A stretch of DNA of 38,261 bases, from contig CAXTPL010000008.1 in assembly GCA_964246065.1 (NCBI GenBank), positions 1-38,261 on the forward strand. The letters run 5' to 3'. Position 1 is the stretch's first letter. Each line of letters opens with the position of its first letter. Shown here piece after piece: positions 1 through 10,500 of this stretch. The DNA is from an uncultured Acidobacteriaceae bacterium (GTDB lineage: Bacteria; Acidobacteriota; Terriglobia; Terriglobales; Acidobacteriaceae). The notes beneath the pieces were generated by a model. It was not told the DNA's origin. It searched no databases and was given only the letters and a program-made list of their open reading frames with translations. The translations under genes were made by a program, and so were the position numbers.

Positions 1-52
1 TCCTCACACTCCGCGCCATGTGCTGCAACACGGCTCCCCGTACAATCAAGCC

Positions 53-796
53 GTGTGCAATGGGTTGCGGCTTGCTGCCGAGGTGTATGGCTTTTTCGAT
101 CAGTTGATGGTGTCCCAGCCCGGTGCCTTCGGCGGGCGCCTGCTTCTTGTGTCTCAGGAGAGCGAAGCCCCGCCGCGAAGCGAGTCGCTTGTCCGTGCCG
201 CCAACATCGCCGGCCTGGCCACCCTGCTACCCGTGGCCGCCGAGGCGCGCGGTCGTGCCCTGGTGCAAAGCGGAGTCTGCGACTTTCTTGTGCATGGGTT
301 GGATGAAGCCCTGCGCATCGTCAAGAATGAGGTTCGCAGGAAGCAGGCCGTAGCCGTGGCCGTGCTCGGCGACCCCGGGAGCTTAATGGCTGAGTGCGTG
401 GAGCGCGGGCTGCAGCCTGATCTCCTCGACTCGGCTTGCGATGTACTCGAGCAGCGTGGTGCCAGCCTGGTCAGTGTGCCCGTGCACTCCTCGCGGAAAC
501 GCCCGGCCTGCATGGTTGGCGGGGCGCTGCCGCCTGCGCAGCGGCGGCACTTTTCCGCAACGGATGCCCTGGCACTGGCGAGTCTGATCGACGGGAACGA
601 TCCCGGTCGCCGATGCTGGCTGCGGCGGAGTCCGCAGTACCTAGGCCGCGCGCTGCATGGAACGCACACGCTGCCCATGGAGGGCGACGAACTGCTGCGT
701 TTTAGCAAACTGCTTGCCGCTGAGTGCCGCACTTCCGCGATCACGGTCGAACTCAGCGAGTACCGCCTCGAGCCTCAGAGCTGCGCGACGGCGTAG
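53..796 (+). CDS. Short, degenerate urocanate hydratase (HutU)-like protein (Rossmann-like middle region plus part of the C-terminal region)
   Basis: DFLVHGLDEALRIVKNEVRRKQAVAVAVLGD...VERGLQPDLL resembles the urocanase LDEAL...SIAL.GN...LV.RG..PD segment. The ORF is open from 20; in-frame GTG at 53 chosen because TACAAT (41-46) lies 6 nt upstream. Start uncertain. Confidence 0.6.
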   Translation: MCNGLRLAAEVYGFFDQLMVSQPGAFGGRLLLVSQESEAPPRSESLVRAANIAGLATLLPVAAEARGRALVQSGVCDFLVHGLDEALRIVKNEVRRKQAVAVAVLGDPGSLMAECVERGLQPDLLDSACDVLEQRGASLVSVPVHSSRKRPACMVGGALPPAQRRHFSATDALALASLIDGNDPGRRCWLRRSPQYLGRALHGTHTLPMEGDELLRFSKLLAAECRTSAITVELSEYRLEPQSCATA

Positions 797-1368
797 ATCG
801 CGCTCCACAGCTCGCGCAGTCCTGCTCCGGTCTTCGCCGAGCAGAGCAGAACATTCTCTGCATCCAGCCCTTTGCGCAGCGCTGCCGCGGCCTTGACGCG
901 CTGGTTGCCGGAGAGTTTGTCGGCCTTGGTGCCGACAATGACAAAGCGTCGACCCGCATTTTTCAGGTATTCGATCAGTTGCGCATCGCTTGCCTGTGGA
1001 GCGATGTTGCTGTCGACCAGGCAGAGGCAAAGATCGAGCACCGCTCGTTCGGCGAGATAGGGATTGATAAAGCTTGGCCACTCGGCGGAGATGGACTTCG
1101 ATATCTTGGCATAGCCGTAGCCCGGCAGATCGGCAAAGATGAGCTGCGGCTGCTGCCGCTCCGGACTGTTGGTGATCGTAAAAAAGTTGATGGCGCGGGT
1201 GCGTCCCGGCGTGGACGATACATGTGCCTGCTTGGAGCCGAGCAGCGCATTGATGAGCGAAGATTTGCCGACGTTGGAGCGGCCGAGAAAGGCGACCTCA
1301 GGGACGGTGGGAGCAGGGAAGTGCTCGGCATCTGTGGCCGAAAGTAGAAACCTTGGAAAGACTTGCAT
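775..1368 (-). CDS. engB: Ribosome biogenesis GTP-binding protein YihA/YsxC (EngB)
   Basis: G1 GRSNVGKSS, G2 TPGRT, G3 DLPGYG, G4 TKADK; usual position downstream of clpX-lon. ATG at 1368 (MQVFPRF) preferred over the ORF-track TTG at 1473. Confidence 0.96.
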   Translation of the reverse strand: MQVFPRFLLSATDAEHFPAPTVPEVAFLGRSNVGKSSLINALLGSKQAHVSSTPGRTRAINFFTITNSPERQQPQLIFADLPGYGYAKISKSISAEWPSFINPYLAERAVLDLCLCLVDSNIAPQASDAQLIEYLKNAGRRFVIVGTKADKLSGNQRVKAAAALRKGLDAENVLLCSAKTGAGLRELWSAIYAVAQL

Positions 1369-1491
1369 GGGCTGCTTCGAGTATACGGTGCCATCGCCGG
1401 TCGAGAGCCGAGTCGAACGCGGGCGTGTATCAGTCGTTGTGGCCGCAAATGGTTGTTCGCGGCTCCTCGGCAAGGTCTGCTTGCTCGTGTT

Positions 1492-1884
1492 TTAGCTTCT
1501 TGAGATGTTTGCGGCGTTCAAGAAGAGAAAGATGGCTGCCAGAAGACCAAGGTACAAGCGGTAGGCGATGTAGCTTACGCTCAAGCTTAACTGGGCATGC
1601 GTGCCTACTTGGTTCACGCGCAGCAAGCTGCGCGTGTTCTGATAGACCAAGTACATCTGGTAAGCAGCCCAAATCATCAGAAACGAAACGGTAATGAGAA
1701 ATGGCGCAACAAACGCGGCTATTTTGGAATCGTGCTGGTAGTTCTTGTGGAAGTTGAGCATGGCAAAACCTACTAAGGCGTTTATCATCAAAGCCACGGC
1801 GACGTAGATGGAACGCCAGGGGCTTGCCACGATTGACCGCCGCCAACTAGCCGTCTGATAGCTGATCACTGAGTTCTCCATCAC
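1492..1884 (-). CDS. Hypothetical membrane protein (about 3 hydrophobic segments)
   Basis: 130-aa ORF fills the lon-engB gap on the same strand; three hydrophobic stretches; locally lower GC. No family recognised. Confidence 0.65.
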   Translation of the reverse strand: MMENSVISYQTASWRRSIVASPWRSIYVAVALMINALVGFAMLNFHKNYQHDSKIAAFVAPFLITVSFLMIWAAYQMYLVYQNTRSLLRVNQVGTHAQLSLSVSYIAYRLYLGLLAAIFLFLNAANISRS

Positions 1885-1976
1885 GGTTCCAACTTTCTCA
1901 GCACTCTCCGAGGCAGGCCATAACGTCGTAGAAAAGGCCTAATGCGGCCGTCTCAGCCACGTCATCCTCGACCAGC

Positions 1977-4385
1977 CTACTGGTGAGGCCGACGTTCCGG
2001 TGCAGGCGGCGCGACGCTGGCCAGGACCTCGGGCGTTTCCTCCTTCAACTCCGGTAGCGGACCTTCAAGGGCGATGTGCAACACCTCATCCATCGAGTCG
2101 ACGAAGTGGAGCTTCATGACCTTGCGCAAGGCTTCCGGCAGGTCCGCCACATCCTTCTCGTTCTCCTTCGGCATAACAGCTTCAAAGACGCCCGCGCGGT
2201 GGGCTGCGAGCAGCTTTTCTTTGAGGCCGCCGATCGGCAGCACCTTGCCGCGCAGCGTAACCTCGCCGGTCATGGCGATGTCGCGCCGCACCGGAATTTT
2301 GGTCAGTGCGCTTGCGAGCCCGGTGGCCAGAGTGATGCCGGCAGAGGGTCCGTCCTTGGGGATAGCTCCTTCGGGGACGTGCACGTGGATGTCAATGTTT
2401 CGATAGAAGTCCTTTGGCAGGCCCAGGTGCGCGGACCGCGATCGAATGTAGGAGAGCGCGGCCTGCGCGGACTCCTGCATCACGTCGCCGAGCTGACCGG
2501 TGAGCGTGAGCTTGCCCTTGCCGTCGAGCACTTGAACCTCAGTCTGCAGGATCGAGCCTCCTACCTCTGTCCAGGCCAGCCCGGTGACCAGGCCGACTTC
2601 AGACTTTTCGTGAACCTGCGAGTCGCGGAATTTGGCAACTCCGAGGAACTCGTGCACATTCTCGGCCACGATCTGCTCGGCATGCTTTATGCCGTTTTTC
2701 ACAACCCGACGCGCGACCTTACGGCAGACATTCCCGATCTCGCGTTCAAGGTTGCGGACGCCCGCCTCGCGCGTGTACGCCCGGATGATTTCGCGCAGCG
2801 CATCATCGGTAAAGGTAATGTTTTTGTCAGTAAGGCCTGTATTTTCGCGAGCCTTCTTGACCAGGTACTGCTTGGCAATTTCGAGCTTTTCTACCTCTGT
2901 GTACCCGTGCAGGCGCAGCACTTCCATCCGATCCTGCAGGGGGCCGGGAATGGTGTGCAGCACGTTGGCTGTTGCGACGAACAGCACCTGCGACAGATCG
3001 TATTCGACATCGAGATAGTGGTCCTGGAAGCTGGTGTTCTGCTCCGGATCAAGCACCTCCAGCAAGGCCGAGGCCGGATCGCCGCGGAAATCATTCGCCA
3101 TCTTGTCGACTTCATCGAGCAGGAAGACGGGGTTCTTGGTTCCGGCCTTTTTCATCGACTGGATAATCTGGCCCGGCAGTGCACCGATGTAGGTCCGGCG
3201 GTGGCCGCGTATCTCTGCCTCATCGCGCACCCCGCCCACGGACATGCGCACGAACTTGCGGCCCGTGGCCTTGGCGATCGACATGCCCAGCGAGGTTTTG
3301 CCGACGCCCGGGGGGCCGACAAAACAAAGGATCGAACCTTTCGGGTTCTTGACCAGCTGTCGCACTGCAAGAAACTCCAGGATGCGGTCCTTGATCTTCT
3401 CCAGGCCATAGTGATCTTCGTTCAAGACCTTTTCCGCGTGCTCGATAGAGCGCGTCTCCTTGGACTTCTTTTTCCAGGGGACCGCGAGCAGCCAGTCAAG
3501 GTAGTTGCGCGAGACCGTGGACTCAGCAGACATCGGCGGCATCGCTTCCAGCTTTTTCAGCTCCTGGACGGCCTTATCAAAGACCTCCTTCGGCATGCCG
3601 GCCGCTTCGATCTTTGCCTTCAGCTCGTCCCACTCGCTCTTTTCGCCGCGGCCCAGCTCTTTCTGGATCGCCTTGATCTTCTCGTTCAGGTAGTACTCTT
3701 TTTGCGCCCGCTCCATCTGCCGCTTCACCCGCGACTGGATGGAACGCTCCATGTTCAGCTTTTCAATCTCGACATCGAGCACGCCGGCCACACGCGTTAG
3801 CCGCTCCAGCGGATCGAAGACGTTGAGGATCTCCTGCTTTTCCGGTATATCCAGCTGCAGGCTGGCCGCGATCGTGTCGGCCAGCTTGGCCGGCTCATCG
3901 GTGCGCAGCGCGGCCATGGTCGACTCGAGATTCAACGACTGCTGCAGCTTAACGTACTGCTCAAACAGCGTTGTAACCTTTTGCGCCAGCTGCTCCATCT
4001 GCGGAGTCACTTCAAACTGGCTCTTGCCGGTGCGCACTGTGGCAACAAAGAAGCCGTCCGTGTCGGTCATCTCAACCGCCCGGGCGCGCTCGAGGCCCTC
4101 AACCAGCACCTTGATGTTGCCGTCCGGCATCTTTACGCTCTGCACGATGTTGCCGATGGTGCCAACGGGGTAGATATCTTCGGCACTAGGCTCATCGGTG
4201 CGCGCGTCGTGCTGGGTGGCCAGGAAAATCTTGCGATCCCCGGTAAGCGCCTCTTCCAAAGCCCGCACACTCGACTCCCGGCCGACAACAAACGGCGTCA
4301 TCATGTGCGGAAAGATGACCATGTCCCGAATGGGCATCATGGGCAGCTTGCGGAGGTCGCTCTTGTTGCCTTGCGATTGTGTCAT
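1977..4385 (-). CDS. lon: ATP-dependent Lon protease (endopeptidase La)
   Basis: Walker A GPPGVGKT, Walker [17 protein letters not shown], catalytic PKDGPSAG and GGLKEK. ATG at 4385 preceded by GAGGAAG. Confidence 0.98.
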   Translation of the reverse strand: MTQSQGNKSDLRKLPMMPIRDMVIFPHMMTPFVVGRESSVRALEEALTGDRKIFLATQHDARTDEPSAEDIYPVGTIGNIVQSVKMPDGNIKVLVEGLERARAVEMTDTDGFFVATVRTGKSQFEVTPQMEQLAQKVTTLFEQYVKLQQSLNLESTMAALRTDEPAKLADTIAASLQLDIPEKQEILNVFDPLERLTRVAGVLDVEIEKLNMERSIQSRVKRQMERAQKEYYLNEKIKAIQKELGRGEKSEWDELKAKIEAAGMPKEVFDKAVQELKKLEAMPPMSAESTVSRNYLDWLLAVPWKKKSKETRSIEHAEKVLNEDHYGLEKIKDRILEFLAVRQLVKNPKGSILCFVGPPGVGKTSLGMSIAKATGRKFVRMSVGGVRDEAEIRGHRRTYIGALPGQIIQSMKKAGTKNPVFLLDEVDKMANDFRGDPASALLEVLDPEQNTSFQDHYLDVEYDLSQVLFVATANVLHTIPGPLQDRMEVLRLHGYTEVEKLEIAKQYLVKKARENTGLTDKNITFTDDALREIIRAYTREAGVRNLEREIGNVCRKVARRVVKNGIKHAEQIVAENVHEFLGVAKFRDSQVHEKSEVGLVTGLAWTEVGGSILQTEVQVLDGKGKLTLTGQLGDVMQESAQAALSYIRSRSAHLGLPKDFYRNIDIHVHVPEGAIPKDGPSAGITLATGLASALTKIPVRRDIAMTGEVTLRGKVLPIGGLKEKLLAAHRAGVFEAVMPKENEKDVADLPEALRKVMKLHFVDSMDEVLHIALEGPLPELKEETPEVLASVAPPAPERRPHQ

Positions 4386-4737
4386 CTGCTTCCTCTTGTC
4401 CATTAGACGCCTCGAAAGTGCCTTACGATGCGGACCGCCATGGCGGCGGGCGCTACCGTGCTTCACTCGATTGTAATGCTCGAGGGGATGGCCGCGCGCC
4501 GGGGGGTATGACGGATGTATGGCAGAACAACAAGGCTTTCAGGGGCCGTCTGCGAGGAGGATACGGCGGGAAGAACAAAGGCCGTTCCCTCCACACACTG
4601 CGCGCTGACGGGAGCTTTTTCTTGCGCGGGCGGCAGCCCGTGCAAGGTGGGAGACGAGAGGCGGTGCGCGCAGCGTGGACCCTGGGCGTTCGTCATGCTC
4701 GCGTCCCCTCCTTCTCCGGTCGGTTCGAGGAGCGCGA

Positions 4738-6018
4738 TCAGCCTGCCTTTTCGAGCAGGGTCAGCGAAAGATCGCGCTTCTTGACCATCTCCGCGGTGAT
4801 CTCGAGGTCCTTGATCTTCTTGTTGCCCGGCAGGTGGTACATCAGGTCCAGCATCAGCTCTTCCAGGATCATCCGCAGGCCGCGCGCGCCTACCTTGCGG
4901 GCCAGCGCTTCCTGCGCCACCGCCTTGGCCGCATCCTCTGAGAAGCGCAGCTTTACGCCTTCGTACTCGAACAGCTTTTGATACTGCTTCAGGATCGCGT
5001 TGCGCGGCTTGGTCAGGATCTCGACGAGCGCAACCTCATCCAGCTCATCAAGGATGCCCATGACTGGCAGCCGGCCGACAAACTCCGGAATCAGCCCGAA
5101 CTTGATCAGGTCCTGCGGTTCTGCCTGGCGGAGAAGTTCATTGTCGCGCTGCTGGCGCGCGTCGGTGACCCCTTCGGCAATCTGTTTCTCGGTCAACGCC
5201 TTGAAGCCTAGGGCCTTCTTCCCCACGCGCCGGCCGACAACCCGTTCCAGCCCGACAAAGGCTCCGCCGCAGATAAACAGGATGTTGGTCGTGTCGACCG
5301 GGGTGAACTCCTGGTGCGGGTGCTTGCGACCGCCCTGCGGCGGCACGTTCGCGACCGTGCCTTCGAGGATCTTGAGCAGCGCCTGCTGCACTCCTTCGCC
5401 GGAAACATCGCGCGTGATGGAAGGATTCTCGTCCTTGCGGCCGATCTTGTCGATCTCATCGATGTAGATGATGCCGGTCTGCGCGCGCGCCACGTCGCCG
5501 TCTGCGGCCTGGAGCAGCTTCAAAATGATATTTTCGACATCTTCGCCGACATAGCCTGCTTCGGTAAGCGTGGTCGCATCGACGATGGCAAAGGGTACGT
5601 CGAGCATCTTGGCCAGGGTGTGGGCGAGCAGCGTTTTGCCGCTGCCGGTCGGACCGACGAGCAGGATGTTTGACTTTGCCAGCTCCACATCGTTGCCGCG
5701 GGTGCGGTTCATCTGGATGCGCTTGTAGTGGTTGTAGACCGCGACCGCGAGCTTCTTCTTGGTTTGCTCCTGGCCAATGACATACTCGTCGAGGAAACCC
5801 TTCACCTCGAGCGGTTTAGGCAGGTGTGTAGGCGCGGTGCCAGGCTGGGTCTCGGTTCGGTCATCTTCAAGAATCGAGTTGCAAACCGCAACGCACTCAT
5901 CGCAGATATAGGCGCGCGGATAGTCGCTCGGCGATGAGATAAGCTTGGCGACCGCATCCTGCGACTTGTGGCAGAACGAACAGCGGAGTGATTCGTCGGT
6001 ACCGGTGCGCGTTTTCAT
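4738..6018 (-). CDS. clpX: ATP-dependent Clp protease ATP-binding subunit ClpX
   Basis: C4 zinc finger CSFC...[18 protein letters not shown] pore loop, RKH loop, LGF ClpP-docking loop; GAGGAG RBS. Confidence 0.98.
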   Translation of the reverse strand: MKTRTGTDESLRCSFCHKSQDAVAKLISSPSDYPRAYICDECVAVCNSILEDDRTETQPGTAPTHLPKPLEVKGFLDEYVIGQEQTKKKLAVAVYNHYKRIQMNRTRGNDVELAKSNILLVGPTGSGKTLLAHTLAKMLDVPFAIVDATTLTEAGYVGEDVENIILKLLQAADGDVARAQTGIIYIDEIDKIGRKDENPSITRDVSGEGVQQALLKILEGTVANVPPQGGRKHPHQEFTPVDTTNILFICGGAFVGLERVVGRRVGKKALGFKALTEKQIAEGVTDARQQRDNELLRQAEPQDLIKFGLIPEFVGRLPVMGILDELDEVALVEILTKPRNAILKQYQKLFEYEGVKLRFSEDAAKAVAQEALARKVGARGLRMILEELMLDLMYHLPGNKKIKDLEITAEMVKKRDLSLTLLEKAG

Positions 6019-6068
6019 GCCTGGTACTCCTCTATGGTACGAAACAGCAAACGCGGTTCCCGCACCTG

Positions 6069-6680
6069 CTAGGAACCGCTCTTGAGTAGTTCAGGGCGCG
6101 GCCGATCGATGATCTCGTCGACAATGCCGTACTCCTTGGCCTGCGGAGCCGTCATGATAAAGTCGCGTTCTACGTCGCGCTCGATGCGTTCAAGCGACTG
6201 GCCCGTGTGCGAGCTCATGAGCTTGTTGGTGATCTCACGGATGCGCAGGATTTCGCGCGCCTGGATGTCGATATCCGTGGCCTGGCCGGAGACTCCGCCC
6301 ATGGAGGGCTGGTGGATCAGGATGCGCGAATTCGGCAGCGCAAACCGCTTGCCGCTCTTGCCGGACATCAGCAGAAAAGCTCCCATGCTGGCCGCCTGCC
6401 CGATGCAGTAGGTCACCACATCGTTCTTGATGAACTGCATCGTGTCGTAGATCGCCAGGCCGGCCGTGATGGAGCCGCCCGGCGAGTTGATGTAGAGCTG
6501 GATATCCTTTTCCGGATCTTCGCCCGAAAGGAAAAGCATCTGCGCGATGATCAGGTTGGCGATCTGGTCGTCGATCGGTGTGCCGAGAAAGATGATGTTG
6601 TCGCGCAGCAGACGCGAGTAAATGTCGTAAGCGCGCTCACCGCGGCTCGTCTGCTCTACCACCATAGGAACTAGTGCCAT
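6069..6680 (-). CDS. clpP: ATP-dependent Clp protease proteolytic subunit ClpP
   Basis: [26 protein letters not shown]-terminus, INSPGG, AASMGA (catalytic Ser), IHQP (His), ERD. ATG at 6680 after GGAGAAG. Confidence 0.98.
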   Translation of the reverse strand: MALVPMVVEQTSRGERAYDIYSRLLRDNIIFLGTPIDDQIANLIIAQMLFLSGEDPEKDIQLYINSPGGSITAGLAIYDTMQFIKNDVVTYCIGQAASMGAFLLMSGKSGKRFALPNSRILIHQPSMGGVSGQATDIDIQAREILRIREITNKLMSSHTGQSLERIERDVERDFIMTAPQAKEYGIVDEIIDRPRPELLKSGS

Positions 6681-6777
6681 ACTTTGCCTGTCTTCTCCGT
6701 TGCGCGAAGAAACCAACTCCGCGCCAGGGACCCTTGCCGGCGTCCGGTTACCGTGCCTGCATCTGTGGCTGCGGAGC

Positions 6778-8223
6778 CTAGGCTCCGAGCCGCTCGTACA
6801 GCAAACTGCCTGTCTTTTCCCGCCGGGTTTGTTCCCGGATTCTAGCCACGCTGCCATCCTGCGTCAAACGCGTGCGCAGCGTTTCAAGCGGCTCCTGGGT
6901 CTGCATCGAGATCGATGCGAGCTCGCGCTCAAGCTCTTCATCCGATACCTCGACCTTTTCCTCATCCGCAATGCGATCGAGCAACAGGATCCCCTTGACC
7001 TCGCCGGCGGCAGCATCGCGCTGCGCCGCACGCAGACGCGCAAAATCCAGTTTGCGCATATCTTCTTCGCGCATGCCCTGCTGGGCCAGCGCGCGCAAGC
7101 CCCGATCCAGCCGCGCATCGATCTGCTGGTTGATCAGCGCCTCAGGCAAAGGAAACTGGTACCGCTCCGCCAGGGCCGTCAACAGCGCGTCCTTGGTCTC
7201 GGCTTCCAGGCGCCGGCGCTTCTCTGCCGTCAGGTGCTCGCGCAGCTTTGTCTTGAAGTCTTCAAAACTTTCGTACTCGCCCAGTTCCTTGGCAAACTCG
7301 TCGTTGAGCTCCGGGGCGATGCGACGCTTGATGCCCCCAACCTCGACATCGTAGGCAATCGTCTTGCCCGCCAGGCGCTTCTCGCCAAAGTCTTCAGGGT
7401 AGGTCACTTCGAACTTCAGCTCTTGCCCGGTTGTAGCCCCGCGCAGCGCCTCACTAAAGGCCGGCAGCGTGTTCTTGCCGCCTACTTCAATTGAAACATC
7501 CGCGCCTTCGATCGGTTCATCGACCGGGTGCTCGTCGGTGGCCTCCGCCTCAAGCGCCTTGACAGAACCCTTAAAGGTAATCTGCGCCCAATCGCCTTCG
7601 GCCAGCGCGCGCTCCTCGGTGACCGGTTCCATGGTCGAGCGCGAGTCCTTCACGCGCTCAATCTCCGCCTCGAACTCTTCCTCGCTCAGCGCAACTTCGG
7701 GCCGAGCCACCCGGATGTCCTGGTAGCCGGCGATGTCGATGAACGGCATCACTTCAAAAATGGCTTTGAACTTCAGCGGCTCACCGTCCACCAGGTGCAG
7801 CTCGGTGACCTGCGGCTGCGAAACAGGCTGCAGCCCCCGCGCTCCGATCGCCGAGCGGAAATGGGCCGGGAGCACGGCTTCGACCACATCCTGCCTGATC
7901 TGCTCGCTGAAGCGCGAACGGATCAGCGTGGGAGGGACCTTGCCGGCCCGGAAGCCGGGAATGCGGGCCTGGCGCCCATAACGCTTGGTAATAACGCGGA
8001 AGGCCGAGGAAACCTCGTCGGCCGGAATTTCGACCTCGATCTCGCGCGTGAGCTCAGGATTCAGCGCGGGACCTTGCTGATGCGTGTGACCTTCATGGTC
8101 GTGAGAGTGCGCCTGATCCGGGCTGGGAAAATCGCCCGCGGGCGCGAGGCCGGTCTGCTGCTCTGTTTCCGCGGAGGCTTCCTGCGGTTGCTGGGTCGTT
8201 TCCAATGTTTCTGCTGAGCTCAA
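6778..8223 (-). CDS. tig: Trigger factor
   Basis: Ribosome-binding signature [13 protein letters not shown]-like middle domain (VTYPEDF...LAGK), position upstream of clpP. TTG at 8223 after GGAAGG chosen; the ORF-track extension to 8601 overlaps the upstream gene. Confidence 0.95.
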   Translation of the reverse strand: MSSAETLETTQQPQEASAETEQQTGLAPAGDFPSPDQAHSHDHEGHTHQQGPALNPELTREIEVEIPADEVSSAFRVITKRYGRQARIPGFRAGKVPPTLIRSRFSEQIRQDVVEAVLPAHFRSAIGARGLQPVSQPQVTELHLVDGEPLKFKAIFEVMPFIDIAGYQDIRVARPEVALSEEEFEAEIERVKDSRSTMEPVTEERALAEGDWAQITFKGSVKALEAEATDEHPVDEPIEGADVSIEVGGKNTLPAFSEALRGATTGQELKFEVTYPEDFGEKRLAGKTIAYDVEVGGIKRRIAPELNDEFAKELGEYESFEDFKTKLREHLTAEKRRRLEAETKDALLTALAERYQFPLPEALINQQIDARLDRGLRALAQQGMREEDMRKLDFARLRAAQRDAAAGEVKGILLLDRIADEEKVEVSDEELERELASISMQTQEPLETLRTRLTQDGSVARIREQTRREKTGSLLYERLGA

Positions 8224-8424
8224 CGTGTGCCTTCCGAAAGGGTGCTCGTCCTGGGTCGATGTCCTGGGGGTGTGCAGGCTCCATACGCGCCGCAACGCGG
8301 GGGGTGGGCGCAGGCCGGGACGGCTTTCCACTATGCTACGGAGCTTTAGGGGGCCGGTCAAACCGCGCACTACACCAAAGTGTGAACTCCGCTCCCGACC
8401 CCCTTCGCAGCTCCTCTCGCGCCC

Positions 8425-8460
8425 AAACAAAAGCCGCCCTGTGCCTGGGCAAGGGCGGCT
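8425..8460 (-). terminator. Rho-independent terminator downstream of the aldose 1-epimerase gene
   Basis: 9-bp inverted repeat AGCCGCCCT (8432-8440) / AGGGCGGCT (8452-8460) followed on the minus strand by TTTGTTT. Confidence 0.75.
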
Positions 8461-8483
8461 GAGCAAGCAGGCAGCAGGCAGCT

Positions 8484-9722
8484 CTAGTGCGCGGGGAGGC
8501 CATTTGCCGCGGCTGCCGGGATAAACAGCTCCAGGCGCACCTTCCAGGTAGTGGACTGGCCTGGCTGCAGGATCACCATCCCGGTATCCATGCCATGCCA
8601 CTCCTTGCCAAAAGGATCGCCGAAGTTGTACTGCTCCTCGATAGCGGCAAAGCTCTTGCTGGGCGGCGCATACACCTGCACCGTCTTGATCTCGGGCGAA
8701 AGCCCCTCGACCCGGATGCCGTATTTGGACGCCGGATCAGCCAGCGTGACATCGACCGCGCCGTCGGTCCGGGTCAGGCTTGAAAAGTTGTCATCCAGAA
8801 AGTCCTGCCCCAGCGGCTTGCCCCCTGCTGCGGTGTAGTCGTACTTGGTCCCGGCTACGGGAACGAGCTTGCCGGTAGGGAAGACGTCGTCGTAGTTGTT
8901 GACCAGGGCGAGCTTGGAACCCGGGATGTGCAGCCGCGCCTGCGAGCGGTCGCCGCTCGGGATGTTGAAGTAAGGGTGCCAGCCGATGGCCATCGGTTCC
9001 GCCATGTTCCCGACGTTCTTGGCCGTGATGGTCGCGGTCACGGCGTCGCTCGTCAGCTCGACTGAAAAGTTGAGGTCGGTCTGCGAAATCCAATGGCCGC
9101 CAAAGTCGCCGGCATGGAGAATGCCGGTCACTGTTTCGCCATCGGCGGTCTTGGTCTTCTGGATGTTGTCAATCTTGCTCGCCAGGATGAGCCCGTGGAT
9201 GGAATGCTTTTCGGCCCCGGGTTTTTTGCCCGCCCAGTCCGCCGGCAGCACCAGCGTGTGCCCCTGCCAGGACGTGGTGATGGTCTTGCCATCGGCAGAC
9301 ACCTGCCCCAGGATGCGGTTGGGGTAGGGAACGAGGAAGCCGCCTCCGAATGAGGTACTCGCCGTCCCTGCCACATCCGCGGGCCCGCCGTTCAGCTTGC
9401 CGGCCGCTTCCTCAACAGAAGGCGACGCAAACACCTTGACCTGTCCCTGCCCAGGGAAGTTGGCCATGATCTGGAAGAGATTGAAGCCGCGTCCGGGAAA
9501 GATGGTGGCCGAGACGAACTCCGGCTTGGAGCTGCTTTGCGCGGGTGTCCGGCCGATGGTGACGACGTCTTCGCCGCCGACCTGCAGGGCCGAGTCGGTC
9601 ACCAGCGGCTGCGGCGTATTGGCAGACTCAGTCGGCTGGGCGTGCTTGCCGCAGCCGGCCATGGGCAGCAGGGCAGCGGCTGCCAGCAGGAGCAAACGAT
9701 GGGTAGGATGTGCTGGAACCAT
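8484..9722 (-). CDS. Aldose 1-epimerase (galactose mutarotase-like) family lipoprotein
   Basis: PYPNRI, SIHG, GWHPYF, LDDNF and AIEE motifs of the mutarotase family; signal peptide with lipobox MAGC. Confidence 0.88.
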   Translation of the reverse strand: MVPAHPTHRLLLLAAAALLPMAGCGKHAQPTESANTPQPLVTDSALQVGGEDVVTIGRTPAQSSSKPEFVSATIFPGRGFNLFQIMANFPGQGQVKVFASPSVEEAAGKLNGGPADVAGTASTSFGGGFLVPYPNRILGQVSADGKTITTSWQGHTLVLPADWAGKKPGAEKHSIHGLILASKIDNIQKTKTADGETVTGILHAGDFGGHWISQTDLNFSVELTSDAVTATITAKNVGNMAEPMAIGWHPYFNIPSGDRSQARLHIPGSKLALVNNYDDVFPTGKLVPVAGTKYDYTAAGGKPLGQDFLDDNFSSLTRTDGAVDVTLADPASKYGIRVEGLSPEIKTVQVYAPPSKSFAAIEEQYNFGDPFGKEWHGMDTGMVILQPGQSTTWKVRLELFIPAAAANGLPAH

Positions 9723-9852
9723 GAACGCATGACCTCATCTTCGAACGGGGATAGTTGCACGGGGGCAGCCCGGGGCAGCCTGCCGAAGCGGACCTTATTC
9801 TAGCTGAGGGGTACGATGCGCGTCGCGGCAGACCCGGAGGTAGACTGCTGGG

Positions 9853-10500
9853 GTGCAAAGTCTAGGCTGCTGCAACGGTGGATCGATAGGCTCGTGGCTC
9901 TTGCTGAGCCTGCTTGCGTCAGGCGTGGCTGGCGCGCAGACCGCACCTGCGCCAAAAAGCCTGGTGACGCCCGCGCAGACCGCGCCTGCGCCGAAAAAGC
10001 TGGTCACGCCCGCGCAGACCGTTTACCAGCAGGCCTGGAGGGACTGGTTCGCCAAGTACGGCGCGCTGCGCCAAACGGCGGAGCAGGCACTTGCCGCAGA
10101 GCAGGCGCGTGAGAAGACAGGAGATTGCGCGAATGCGGACACGACCATCGCGGCTGAACAGTGTCTTGCGCGCGAGATCGCAACCACGCAAAGCAACTAC
10201 GCCAGGGTGACCGGCGCGCTGCGAGCCATGCTCGCGCTCCCACCGCCGGAGATGCCATGCGAGCCCGTGATGCTCGGTCCCACCGGCACCTCCCCGACTC
10301 CGGCGGAGCGGTTGGCTGCCTTCGATGCGCTCGAAACGGCCTCGGCGGCATACCGCAAGCTGGCCGCAGGTGTGGCTTTCGATGAGTTCAAGGGCGGAAC
10401 CCTGGCGCCCGTCTTCAGCCTTGAAGCCGAGCAGAAACTCTTGCGCTCGCACCTGAGCGAGCTGGCTTTCCTCTATGACACCGAGTTTTCAGACCGGTGA
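9853..10500 (+). CDS. Exported protein, LprI/DUF1311-like
   Basis: Signal peptide; DCANADTTIAAEQC and the late F.GGTLAP motif resemble LprI/DUF1311 proteins; stop overlaps the next start (GTGA). Confidence 0.6.
   Translation: MQSLGCCNGGSIGSWLLLSLLASGVAGAQTAPAPKSLVTPAQTAPAPKKLVTPAQTVYQQAWRDWFAKYGALRQTAEQALAAEQAREKTGDCANADTTIAAEQCLAREIATTQSNYARVTGALRAMLALPPPEMPCEPVMLGPTGTSPTPAERLAAFDALETASAAYRKLAAGVAFDEFKGGTLAPVFSLEAEQKLLRSHLSELAFLYDTEFSDR
9933..10020. repeat. 39-bp coding tandem repeat (about 2.3 copies) encoding AQTAPAPK(S/K)LVTP
   Basis: CGCGCAGACC recurs at 9933, 9972 and 10011. Confidence 0.9.

Noticed and set aside
2076-3800. 574-aa plus-strand ORF, and similar long antisense ORFs such as 13983-15425, 22496-23512 and 24102-25376
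   Set aside because: Shadow ORFs opposite well-supported genes; expected in high-GC DNA; no motifs.
8224-8601. 126-codon N-terminal extension of the tig ORF
   Set aside because: Overlaps the epimerase gene and its terminator; no similarity to Tig.
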